64,000 nt of DNA from Chthoniobacterales bacterium (GCA_041736875.1 JBGSSV010000180.1:44851-108850); one strand, 5' to 3'; shown: positions 17,691 to 26,538, numbered from the stretch's first letter. Translations and numbers: made by a program. Notes: a model not told the origin generated them from the sequence alone.

Positions 17691-18224
17691 ATGCAATTCC
17701 AACCGACCAAGCTCAGCGGGGTAATGCTGATCAAAACGCGCGTATTTCGCGATGAGCGGGGATTTTTTCTCGAGTCGTGGAACAAGCGGGCGTTCGACGA
17801 CGCGGCGGGGTGCACAGTGGAGTTTGTGCAAGACAATCACTCTAGATCGACGCGAGGCGTCTTGCGAGGACTGCATTACCAAGCCGAACCCATGGCGCAG
17901 GCTAAGCTGATCACCGTGATGCGTGGGACAATTTTCGACGTGGCGGTGGACATACGGCCCAAGTCGCCGACCTATGGGCAGTGGGTGGGCGAGGTGCTGA
18001 CCGACGAGTCGCGGGAAATGCTGTGGATCCCGGAGGGTTTTGCCCACGGATTCTATGTGCTCTCGGACTTCGCTGATGTGGTCTATAAGACAACGAACTA
18101 CTACTCGCCGGAGCACGAGCGGTGTATCCGGTGGGATGATGACACACTGGCGATCGACTGGCGCCTGGAGGGGAGTCCTCGAGTCTCGGCCAAAGATAAA
18201 CGTGGAGATTTCTTTAGGTTATGA
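17691..18224 (+). CDS. rfbC: dTDP-4-dehydrorhamnose 3,5-epimerase
   Basis: MQFQPTKLSGVMLIKTRVFRDERGFFLESW, RGLHYQ and IPEGFAHGF. Start at the internal ATG 17691. Confidence 0.9.
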   Translation: MQFQPTKLSGVMLIKTRVFRDERGFFLESWNKRAFDDAAGCTVEFVQDNHSRSTRGVLRGLHYQAEPMAQAKLITVMRGTIFDVAVDIRPKSPTYGQWVGEVLTDESREMLWIPEGFAHGFYVLSDFADVVYKTTNYYSPEHERCIRWDDDTLAIDWRLEGSPRVSAKDKRGDFFRL

Positions 18225-19180
18225 GCGTCCATGACATTGTGCGGAAAATTAGGTCGTTGTCGTTATTGGCAACTAAAGGCGATTGGTTGGAACTTCGCAA
18301 AAGCTGGTTGCGAAACACTGCGCTCCGCCGTCTGAAGAAACACGGAGCGAGTCCGTTTGTGCATCGGGACCCAGGTTACCCTGTAGTTTGCCATCCCGAT
18401 TGGCACGACTCGAAGCATCAGTTTCTTTACAATAGCGGCGATCACTGGGAGATGACGTTGTTCCGCAAATGGCTGAGACCCGGTGATGGGGTTCTCGATG
18501 TCGGGGCGAGTTTGGGGCTCTACGCCCTTGGATTTGCCGATTGCGTGGGTGGCTCGGGGGAGGTGATTTCCGTAGACGCAGATGGGTTTGCTGTGGAGAA
18601 ACTGGCCCGCTCCATTGAGCTAACCTCTGTGCGGCAGGTCCGTCCGCAGCATGCAGCGGTCACACGCCAATCAGGGACGGTCACGTTTTTCATGCGCAAG
18701 GATCGTCGGGACACTGCCGAGCAGTCTCTGGTGCCAAGCGACGACACGAAAGAGTTTTGTGAGGCTGTGGAAGTCTCTGCTGTGACTCTCGCTGAGCTAT
18801 TTGCCGAGTTGAACCGCCCCGATAATCTGGCCGTGGTCAAGGTGGATACAGAGGGTGCCGAGGTTGATGTTTTGCACGGCGCCCCGCCCCGACTGCTCAC
18901 CGCGGATGGGCCGCTCTGGCAGGTGGAAATTCACCCCGGCGCGCTGTTGCGATTCGGGGCGACTCCCAAGGATGTATGCCGATTTTTCCCAGCCGCCGAG
19001 TTTAACCTGTGGCTGTTGGCTAAGCATCCAATAGACTTGCGATCACATTCACTTCCATCGCTGCGCCGTCTGGCTGATGGGGAACTTTTCGCGGAATCGC
19101 TGTATTACAACCTCATAGCGGTTCCCAAAGCCCCCAAATGGGCCGACCGTCGCCAGAGTATTGCAGGCCAACTGGCCTGA
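18221..19180 (+). CDS. FkbM-family methyltransferase
   Basis: VLDVGASLGLYALGFA and VKVDTEGAEVDVL. ATGA overlap with rfbC. Confidence 0.8.
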   Translation: MSVHDIVRKIRSLSLLATKGDWLELRKSWLRNTALRRLKKHGASPFVHRDPGYPVVCHPDWHDSKHQFLYNSGDHWEMTLFRKWLRPGDGVLDVGASLGLYALGFADCVGGSGEVISVDADGFAVEKLARSIELTSVRQVRPQHAAVTRQSGTVTFFMRKDRRDTAEQSLVPSDDTKEFCEAVEVSAVTLAELFAELNRPDNLAVVKVDTEGAEVDVLHGAPPRLLTADGPLWQVEIHPGALLRFGATPKDVCRFFPAAEFNLWLLAKHPIDLRSHSLPSLRRLADGELFAESLYYNLIAVPKAPKWADRRQSIAGQLA

Positions 19181-19193
19181 ACCAGACGCGGAA

Positions 19194-20018
19194 ATGTTGG
19201 ATGTCTTTGTCTATGTCGCCACGGGCGAAGTGTATGCTGCCGAGGCCTGCCGGTCGGCGGATTCCCTGCGCTCGGCTCATCCCACGGCCAAGATCGTTTT
19301 GCTGACCGACAGCCCGCCAGCAGGAAGCGGAGCGTTCAACGAGGTTCTTCGTCCGCAGGGACCGATCGAGCACACTCCGATCGACAAACTGCTCGCATAT
19401 GAAGTGGCGGATGATCGGGTGGTGTTTCTGGACACGGACACGCATGTGACGGATGATCTGAGCCCGATGTTCGAGGTGCTTGAGAGGTTTGATATCGCGG
19501 TTCTTCAGGATGTGAACCGCGGGTGGAACTACCAGTTGCCGAGGGTGCCGCTGACCTTTTCCGAGTTCAACACGGGCGTCATTGCTTTTCGGAGGAATGC
19601 AAGAGTCGAGCGGTTTTTCCAGGACTGGAGAGAAGAATACAACAGACTGCGCAAAGATCCGGGTTTTGTGTCCGATCAGCCCTCCTTTCGCAGCACGCTT
19701 TACAAGTCGGATTTGCGCGTGGCACCACTGCCTTCGGAGTTTCATTTTCTGGCAAACTATCCGAATGCGGCGCTGTGGAAAGCGCGGTTGCTCCACGGCC
19801 GTGGGGACTATGTGGAGATGGAGAGGCTGGCCAATGAGACGCTTGGGTTGCGGGCGTATGTTCCGGAGTTGGGCGTCATCACGAAGTTCCAAGGGCGGAA
19901 GAAGCTGGTGGGTGAGGTCTTCCGGTTCGTGCGCCGTGCCCTGCGGCTCACGATTGCCGGATCGAAACATCCGCAGGCGAAGCACCCGACAGGATGGAAC
20001 AGGAATGAGCCGGGGTGA
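19194..20018 (+). CDS. Putative GT-A-fold nucleotide-sugar transferase (GT8-like), unclassified
   Basis: FLDTDTHV (DxD) and FNTGVIAFRR. The family assignment is tentative. Confidence 0.45.
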   Translation: MLDVFVYVATGEVYAAEACRSADSLRSAHPTAKIVLLTDSPPAGSGAFNEVLRPQGPIEHTPIDKLLAYEVADDRVVFLDTDTHVTDDLSPMFEVLERFDIAVLQDVNRGWNYQLPRVPLTFSEFNTGVIAFRRNARVERFFQDWREEYNRLRKDPGFVSDQPSFRSTLYKSDLRVAPLPSEFHFLANYPNAALWKARLLHGRGDYVEMERLANETLGLRAYVPELGVITKFQGRKKLVGEVFRFVRRALRLTIAGSKHPQAKHPTGWNRNEPG

Positions 20019-20242
20019 GGGAGGGGCCGGGGAGGTGGGAACGTGGGAAGCAGCCGAAGGCTGCGGACAACGGATAACGAGACCATAGACCGGGGAGTGG
20101 GAGGGCAGTGAGAAAGTGGGAAGGTATGAAAGGGAGCGGAGGGGCATGAGGCGAGAGGCAAGGGGGGAGGGGCGAAGAGAAACGGGGGCACGGTGTGAGA
20201 CGCGCGAAATGACGGGGAAATGGAAATCGTGATCACTGGAGT
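20019..20242 (+). repeat. Intergenic G/A-rich degenerate short-period repeat block
   Basis: ggaggtg ggaacgt gggaagc ... gacaacg gataacg agaccat agaccgg ... gtgagaa agtggga aggtatg aaaggga. No convincing ORF. Confidence 0.55.
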
Positions 20243-20944
20243 ATGTTGATATCGAAAGAGTTTTTGGATTCGTCGGGGACGATCCTTGATGTGGGGGGGT
20301 GGTTCATACCAGAGAACCGGGCTACGCATGTGGTGGATTTGATGCCTTGGGAAACGCGGCGTGCAAGATTGTCGCTTGAAAAGTTGCCTGGGGAGAGGTT
20401 CTCGAAGGACACATGGTTTCAGGCGAATTTCCTGTCGCCCGACTTTCGTCTGCCTTTTGCCGATAAGAGCTTCGACCTCGTGGTTTGTGGCCAGACGGTG
20501 GAGGATCTGACGGATCCGGAGCCCCTGTTGAGGGAGATGCAGCGAGTCGGGGGCTCGGGAGTCATTGAATGCCCTTCCCGCTTGGCCGAGCAGACAGTCG
20601 GGATTCGCGACCGTGAATGTATCCAGCCCGGGCATCCGCACCATCACTGGATCCTCGATGCAACAGCGGACAGCCTTGAGCTTTTCCACAAGCTGGACAG
20701 CCGCCTTGATGAAGGCCGTTGCAGTGTGCCGTTGCTCTTTTACGAGAGGTTTTCCGCCGGCCAGCGCGATCAACTCAAGACGATGCACTTTGAATGGCAC
20801 GGGAGTTTCAACTTCCGGATCGTGCGAGGCAATGAATGCGCAAGCGCGGCAAGTCGCTTTGTGGAATCATTGCAGATTCCTGCCGGGGTTCGACTCAAGG
20901 ATACAGTCCTACGGTGGGCCCGGCGCATGAGGTCAGCGTCGTAG
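20243..20944 (+). CDS. Class I SAM-dependent methyltransferase
   Basis: ILDVGGW and FADKSFDLVVCGQTVEDLTDPEPLLREMQRVG. Confidence 0.7.
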   Translation: MLISKEFLDSSGTILDVGGWFIPENRATHVVDLMPWETRRARLSLEKLPGERFSKDTWFQANFLSPDFRLPFADKSFDLVVCGQTVEDLTDPEPLLREMQRVGGSGVIECPSRLAEQTVGIRDRECIQPGHPHHHWILDATADSLELFHKLDSRLDEGRCSVPLLFYERFSAGQRDQLKTMHFEWHGSFNFRIVRGNECASAASRFVESLQIPAGVRLKDTVLRWARRMRSAS

Positions 20945-21116
20945 GGGCGTCGCGGGGAGGACTTTGGTTGGTGGCAACGGATCGCCGAGGTATCGCGTCC
21001 TTATAGCAGCATTCCGCTTTAAGGCGCCGTCCGGAAGTAACATCAAACAATCTGCTGGCCAATTTGCTGACCTTCTTCGCTGAAAGGCGGTTTTCAGCGG
21101 CTTTGGTTCCAATGCT

Positions 21117-22181
21117 ATGCGCGATGTAACTCTGCAACTAAATCTATGTGCCGGGGATGCCGACTATGCGGGGAAATCAGTTCCGGCATTGGTGGGGGCG
21201 GTCAAGCCGGCGGTCGATGAGGTGCTGATTGTGCTCGACTGCTGCATGCCGCAACCCTCACCGGTGTTTCGAGCTAGAGATCGCTTCAGCGCGGTGGATT
21301 TCGGCGAACGATTGGCGCGGGTGCAGGAACTTTGCGGAAACTGGAAAGCGCAGGGCTTGGTCGATCGTGTCGAGTTGCTCGAACCCGGCAGCGAGCGGAT
21401 CCGCTCGCTCAACCGAAAATACACCGGGCACGACACGCCTTGGACTCATGATCACCTTGGCCACGCCTTCACAGCGTATTTTGCCGCGTGGGAGTGGCCA
21501 TCCACGCGCTATGTGCTTCATTGCGATGCGGACATTTTCCTTCACGACCGCACGCACAATGCCTGGATCGCGGCTGCCGTGAGGTTTCTTGAGGAACATG
21601 TGGATGTCGTCGCGGTTTGTCCCCGCATCGCCCCGCCCATCAAGGAGTCAGGGCAGATGATCCATGTGGGTGCCAGGGATAGCGGTTGGCTGCCGACATG
21701 GTCGCTGGACAAAGCCGAGGGCGGATGGTCGAGCAATTGGCTGAGCACGCGGATGCACTTTATCGATCGTCAGCGCTTGGGGCCCCTGCTTCCCCTGCAG
21801 CCGACCTGCGGACGAACTAGCTATGCGGCGGCGCGGCGAATCAATGAGTTGCTGGCACCGCTCTTCGACCGGCGTAATTGGTTGGCCAAGCAAAGCCCGG
21901 ATCGCATTCCGGAACTCATGCATCGGATCTGCCGGAAGATTGCGGCGCACGTGATCCCGCCGTATCCGCTTCCGCCGGAGGTGCTCGTCTTTGAGCACTG
22001 TGCGGCCGAAGCCAAACGGTTCTTTTACTTCGACCGCGACGACGTGTGGTATGTGCATCCGGAAACGAAGCCGGCGGCTTTTCTCGACGTGCTGGATAAT
22101 TTGCTGGTCCGCGTGCCTTGCGGAGACTTTCCCGAAGCCCAGCGAGGACTGACAGGGATTCAATTTGAGAGTTGGCGATGA
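21117..22181 (+). CDS. Hypothetical protein, possibly a GT-A-like transferase
   Basis: Long ORF in the locus orientation. A DxD-like HCDADIF is the only motif seen, and no family was recognised. Confidence 0.4.
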   Translation: MRDVTLQLNLCAGDADYAGKSVPALVGAVKPAVDEVLIVLDCCMPQPSPVFRARDRFSAVDFGERLARVQELCGNWKAQGLVDRVELLEPGSERIRSLNRKYTGHDTPWTHDHLGHAFTAYFAAWEWPSTRYVLHCDADIFLHDRTHNAWIAAAVRFLEEHVDVVAVCPRIAPPIKESGQMIHVGARDSGWLPTWSLDKAEGGWSSNWLSTRMHFIDRQRLGPLLPLQPTCGRTSYAAARRINELLAPLFDRRNWLAKQSPDRIPELMHRICRKIAAHVIPPYPLPPEVLVFEHCAAEAKRFFYFDRDDVWYVHPETKPAAFLDVLDNLLVRVPCGDFPEAQRGLTGIQFESWR

Positions 22182-22284
22182 GTGCGGAGGCAGGAGCAGA
22201 GAAGGGCGAGCCACGGACTAACACGGATAACTGCTTGGATAAATGTTCGTGCGCACACGCACGAAGAAACATAAGCGGCAAAAC

Positions 22285-23604
22285 ATGACTGACGAATCGG
22301 CACAGCTGACCTTGAGCGTTGTCATTTCGACGCACAATCCGCGGATGGATTACCTCGCGCGGGTTCTTGACGCCTTGCGGCAGCAGACGTTGGCCAAAGA
22401 CGTCTGGGAGCTTGTCATTATTGACAATGGCTCCCGCGAGGCTTTGGCAGTAGCCAGTAGTCAGTCGTCAGGAGGCAGTGAAGGCAATGGTGGACGCAAA
22501 GAGGCGCAAGAGGGCGGAGGACAGAAGTCGGAGGTCGGAAGTCGGAGGACCAGCGGAGTTGGGGACGGAGGGCCGGGGACAAGTGAAAGCGAACTGGAGG
22601 CTGACCGGCTGGAATATGTTTCGAATTCTAAGGGCCAAGGGGACTTAAAACTTACAAACTTAAAACCTAAAACTACCGAGCTTAAGCTCGGTTGGCATCC
22701 TCATGCGCGCGTGGTGCGGGAGGAAAGTCTTGGCCTCACGTTTGCGCGGTTGCGGGGGTTTGCCGAGGCGCGGGGAGAACTGATCGTGATGGTGGATGAT
22801 GACAATGTGCTCGCGCCGGATTATCTCGCAACGGCCGCGCGCATCGCAGAGGAGCAACCGCCACTCGGAGCGTTCGGGGGAAAATGTTTGCCGGAATTCG
22901 AGGTTGAGCCGCCGGATTGGATCGAAGATGTGAGGAAGGCGTTGGGGCTTCGCGATCGCGGCGAACGCGAGGAGTTTTTCCCGGAAGCTGTGGTCGCCGA
23001 GGGTTGGCAGTCTTCAGTTGGCAGTTTTCAGAGTCGAGAAAACGGACGATTGACTGCTGACCACGGCCGACCGGCTACCGCCAACCGTCAACTTCGCGCG
23101 GCGCGCGACTTTCCTGACTGTGCGCCGATCGGGGCGGGGATGGTGTTACGAACCGCCGCCGCGGCTGCTTATGCGGAGTGCATCAAGCAGCGGACAGCGG
23201 GACCACAGGACAACGGGACAATTACAGACCGAAAGGGCGACAGTTTGGCTTCAGGGGGGGATAATGACATTTGCCTGACGGTGATCGAGGAGGGTTGGCA
23301 GGTCGGGTATTTTCCTCAGCTCCAGCTTACTCACCTGATCCCAGAGGGAAGGCTGACTGCCGCTTACCACAAGCGCGCGGCTTGCGAATCCATGCAGAGC
23401 TTTGTTTTGATGCTGGATCAGCACGGTGTCTGGCCGTGGCCGACGATCCAGAGGTGGACGCTCCCGCTGCGAATCGCGCGTGAATATTTCCGGCACAAGG
23501 CGTGGCGCGGTGATTTGGAGTCCATCCGTTGGTGGGGAAGCGTGGGTCAATGCCTCGGACGATCGAAGTTGCGGGGCAGTCGCCACTCAAGTGACCAGCC
23601 ATGA
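22285..23604 (+). CDS. Glycosyltransferase family 2 carrying large low-complexity insertions
   Basis: LSVVISTHNPRMDYLARVLDALRQQT..ELVIIDNGS, then an insert of about 80 aa, then GLTFARLRGFAEARGELIVMVDDDNV. Confidence 0.7.
   Translation: MTDESAQLTLSVVISTHNPRMDYLARVLDALRQQTLAKDVWELVIIDNGSREALAVASSQSSGGSEGNGGRKEAQEGGGQKSEVGSRRTSGVGDGGPGTSESELEADRLEYVSNSKGQGDLKLTNLKPKTTELKLGWHPHARVVREESLGLTFARLRGFAEARGELIVMVDDDNVLAPDYLATAARIAEEQPPLGAFGGKCLPEFEVEPPDWIEDVRKALGLRDRGEREEFFPEAVVAEGWQSSVGSFQSRENGRLTADHGRPATANRQLRAARDFPDCAPIGAGMVLRTAAAAAYAECIKQRTAGPQDNGTITDRKGDSLASGGDNDICLTVIEEGWQVGYFPQLQLTHLIPEGRLTAAYHKRAACESMQSFVLMLDQHGVWPWPTIQRWTLPLRIAREYFRHKAWRGDLESIRWWGSVGQCLGRSKLRGSRHSSDQP
22447..22690 (+). repeat. 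Composite array of degenerate heptamer/octamer tandem repeats, in frame inside a GT2 gene
   Basis: gcagtag ccagtag tcagtcg tcaggag gcagtga ... gaagtcg gaggtcg gaagtcg gaggacc ... cttaaaa cttacaaa cttaaaac ctaaaac. Confidence 0.7.
23002..23092 (+). repeat. Degenerate heptamer tract, in frame in the same GT2 gene
   Basis: ggttggc agtcttc agttggc agttttc agagtcg ... tgactgc tgaccac ggccgac cggctac cgccaac cgtcaac. Confidence 0.65.
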
Positions 23605-24614
23605 GCATCGCCAGTGAACTGAAGCATCGCTTTTACCGTCTTCCGATGCGGGGGGTGCGCAAGTTGCGGGGTTGGGGAGTGCGGGGGTACTTGCTGGAAA
23701 GCAAATGGCGGGGGGAGATGGAGGCCGCTGCCTACTCGTTAGGCAGCGGAGTTGGCAGTGTTCAGTCTTCAGTATTCAGCAACGAACCGCGAGCCTACGG
23801 TCACTCGCCACTCGCCACTGTCCACACGTCACCTGAGACCGGCTGGAAGCCGGTCGAGATCCACATGTTGGTGGGGAGGGGCTTTTGGTTCATGGCGGCG
23901 TTTGCGGTGGCGAGTTTGAGGCGACAACTCAGCCGCCCGGTGCACGCTTGGTTTTACGATGACGGCTCGCTGGAGGAAAAGCAGGCGCAGGCGTTGGTTC
24001 GCATCGCAGATCGCGCGGATATCGTCAGCGCTGCGGAGCAAGAGGCGCAAGTAGAGCGGTGGCTGCCTGAGGCGAAGTTCCCGCACATCCGTCGCCGTTT
24101 GCTCGACTATCCGAATTTGAAGAAGCTCACGAGCCCGCATCTCGGATCGAGAGGCGCGAAGCTTGTGCTCGATGCCGATGTCCTGTTCTTCGCCGAGCCG
24201 AGGGAATTGACACGCTGGTTGGAGGATTCCTCAACAATCCTCTGCGCCACGGATTGCGCGGAGAGCTACGGATATTCGCGGGCGCTGCTGGAGGAAGTCG
24301 CCGGTGCGCGAATGCCCCGCGACATCAACGTCGGCGTCACGGGTCTGGTGTCGGAGGAGATCGACTGGAATCTCCTCGAGTCCTGGTGTCATGGGCTGAT
24401 TACCAGAGCCGGCATGACCTACTATCTCGAGCAGGCCTTGGTGGCCATGCTTTGCGCGCGCCGACCCTTCACCCAGTTGCCACTGGATGCCTACATCACG
24501 GGGCCGAGTTGCCGACAAGTCGCCGAGGGCTGCGGAGTGATGCAGCACTACGTCGAGCACTCCAAAAAGTCTTATCTCGAAAGGGCGTGGCGACCTTTTG
24601 CCCTCCGGGCCTGA
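23601..24614 (+). CDS. Putative GT-A-fold transferase, unclassified
   Basis: WFYDDGS, LVLDADVLFF and INVGVTG. ATGA overlap upstream. Family tentative. Confidence 0.45.
   Translation: MSIASELKHRFYRLPMRGVRKLRGWGVRGYLLESKWRGEMEAAAYSLGSGVGSVQSSVFSNEPRAYGHSPLATVHTSPETGWKPVEIHMLVGRGFWFMAAFAVASLRRQLSRPVHAWFYDDGSLEEKQAQALVRIADRADIVSAAEQEAQVERWLPEAKFPHIRRRLLDYPNLKKLTSPHLGSRGAKLVLDADVLFFAEPRELTRWLEDSSTILCATDCAESYGYSRALLEEVAGARMPRDINVGVTGLVSEEIDWNLLESWCHGLITRAGMTYYLEQALVAMLCARRPFTQLPLDAYITGPSCRQVAEGCGVMQHYVEHSKKSYLERAWRPFALRA
23743..23833 (+). repeat. Degenerate heptamer tract, in frame in the next gene, sharing the AGTTGGC/AGTnTTC units
   Basis: gcagcgg agttggc agtgttc agtcttc agtattc agcaacg ... ggtcact cgccact cgccact gtccaca cgtcacc. 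Confidence 0.65.
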
Positions 24615-24618
24615 AGCG

Positions 24619-25569
24619 ATGGCGATCCCGGATGTGTCCATCTTGATTCCTTGCCGCGATGCCGTCGCGACATTGGGCGAGACGCTGGAAAGCGCTTTGG
24701 ATCAAAAGGGAATCGAGAAAGAGATCATTCTCGTTGATGACGGATCAATTGACGGGAGTCTTGAGGTGGCAAGAGCCTACGAGGCTCGAGGTGTGAGGAT
24801 GATCGAAGGCCCTCGGATCAACGCAGGCGCAGCTCGAAACCGGGCCCTGCGGGAAAGCCGTGGGTGCTACGTGCAGTTTCTCGATGCGGACGATCTCCTT
24901 GGTCCGGATAAGATCCGTCGGCAGGTCGCCGCGCTGCAAGAATGTCCGGGCTTTGTGGCCTCTGCGCGATGGGCGCGCTTCCGCAAGGGCATGGCGGATG
25001 CTGTCTTTGCCGACGACCTCCAGTTGCACGACTGGACGCCGTCCGGATGGTTGCTGTCGCATTGCTCGGGGGAAATGATGCATCCCGGTGCTTGGTTGGT
25101 GCCTCGTCAGGTCGCGGAGAGTGCTGGACCTTGGAACGAGTCGCTCACGCTCAACGACGATGGAGAGTATTTCGCCCGCGTGGTCGCTGCCTCGAGCGGG
25201 ATCAAGTGCGTTCCGGAGGCGGTGAGCTACTACCGAACAAGTCGTTCACCGACACTGAGCAAGAGACGTAGCGAAACGGCGTTTGCCTCGCTGTGGTTCT
25301 CGGTGCTTAAAACGGGAGAGATCATGCTTTCGCTCGAAGACTCGCCGTCCACCCGGCAAGCCGTGGCCGACATGACCCAGCGTTTCATTTTCGAGGTGTA
25401 TCCGTCCGCCGCAAAGGAGCGTGCGGCAGCAACTGAAACGGTCTCGAGCCTCGGTGGTAGCGCGGAGCAACCGCCATTCGGTCCCGCCAGCCGTCTGCTG
25501 GCAAAGTTGACCGGTTGGAAGCTTGCGTTGTTGCTTACACGGTTCCGGCGGCGGAGATCGTTTCGCTGA
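24619..25569 (+). CDS. Glycosyltransferase family 2
   Basis: VSILIPCRDAVATLGETLESALDQ..IILVDDGSIDGS and QFLDADD. Confidence 0.85.
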   Translation: MAIPDVSILIPCRDAVATLGETLESALDQKGIEKEIILVDDGSIDGSLEVARAYEARGVRMIEGPRINAGAARNRALRESRGCYVQFLDADDLLGPDKIRRQVAALQECPGFVASARWARFRKGMADAVFADDLQLHDWTPSGWLLSHCSGEMMHPGAWLVPRQVAESAGPWNESLTLNDDGEYFARVVAASSGIKCVPEAVSYYRTSRSPTLSKRRSETAFASLWFSVLKTGEIMLSLEDSPSTRQAVADMTQRFIFEVYPSAAKERAAATETVSSLGGSAEQPPFGPASRLLAKLTGWKLALLLTRFRRRRSFR

Positions 25570-25572
25570 TTC

Positions 25573-26538
25573 ATGAGTGCTTATCACGGTATTTTGCTGA
25601 CGCGTGACGACGAGGACATCCTCGACCAGTGCATCGCGCACGCGCTGACCTGGTGCGACCACCTCTACATCTACGAGACGGGAAGTTTCGACCGGACCTG
25701 GGACATCGTGCAGGACTGGGTGAGCAAGGATCCTAGGGTGCAAGCCTTCCGCTTCGAGGGTGGTCAGGCCCTGATGGAGAGCGGGCTCCGCGGCTATGTG
25801 TTCGAGCATTTTCGCGGCAACATGAAGGAAGGTGACTGGATCGTGCAGGTGGATTCGGATGAGTTCTACCATGTTTCGCCGAAGGAGTTTGTCCTTGCAA
25901 ACGTGCAGCCTCACGAGACGGGTGTGGCAAATCTTACGTATGAGTTCCGTCTCCTCGAGTCCGAAGCTGCGGCGTGGGATCGCGGCGGGGAAACATTGAT
26001 TGACCGGCAAAGACCAATCAAGAAACGGCGACGGCACTACAACATTCTCGCCCATACCGAACCTCGAATGTTTCGCTACCGGCACCGGATGCAGTGGCCG
26101 CCTCATGTGGCCTACCCGTATAATGCAGGATTTTTTGCGCGAGCCCGGATTCCCGTGCGGCACTATCCCCAGCGGGACCCTGCTCAATTGAAAAGGCGAT
26201 GGGCACTGCGCAGTATTCTCGCATCTCGCGCAGACTCCTCGTGGAAACATTGGCAACACAAGGATTGGCGTGAACTCCTCGCAGAGGATGGGCGGGCTGA
26301 TCTGCTCTATTGGAGGGAGGGGGAGGCGCTGCAGCCCAACCCGCATCCGGTGAGATCGACCCCTTGGCCGAAGCGTCTTGCGCAGATATTCATCCACCGT
26401 GGGGCGGTGAGGTTGCTCGACTATTGGCGTCCGAAATTCCCTGTGGACTTCCTCCCGCAACGGCTGCCGGATGCTGTGGCACAGCACATTGCTGAAGCCT
26501 ACGCGCGCATCGACAGCGAGGAAAGACAAAGGAGCTGA
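25573..26538 (+). CDS. Glycosyltransferase family 2-like (Glyco_tranf_2_4-type)
   Basis: GILLTRDDEDILDQCIAH..LYIYETGSFD and VQVDSDEFY. Confidence 0.6.
   Translation: MSAYHGILLTRDDEDILDQCIAHALTWCDHLYIYETGSFDRTWDIVQDWVSKDPRVQAFRFEGGQALMESGLRGYVFEHFRGNMKEGDWIVQVDSDEFYHVSPKEFVLANVQPHETGVANLTYEFRLLESEAAAWDRGGETLIDRQRPIKKRRRHYNILAHTEPRMFRYRHRMQWPPHVAYPYNAGFFARARIPVRHYPQRDPAQLKRRWALRSILASRADSSWKHWQHKDWRELLAEDGRADLLYWREGEALQPNPHPVRSTPWPKRLAQIFIHRGAVRLLDYWRPKFPVDFLPQRLPDAVAQHIAEAYARIDSEERQRS

Noticed and set aside
22447-23833. The short-period repeats as a CRISPR array or as a MITE.
   Set aside because: The units are 7-8 nt, contiguous and degenerate, with no spacers of 25-40 nt. I saw no terminal inverted repeats or target-site duplications. 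The tracts lie in frame within ORFs.
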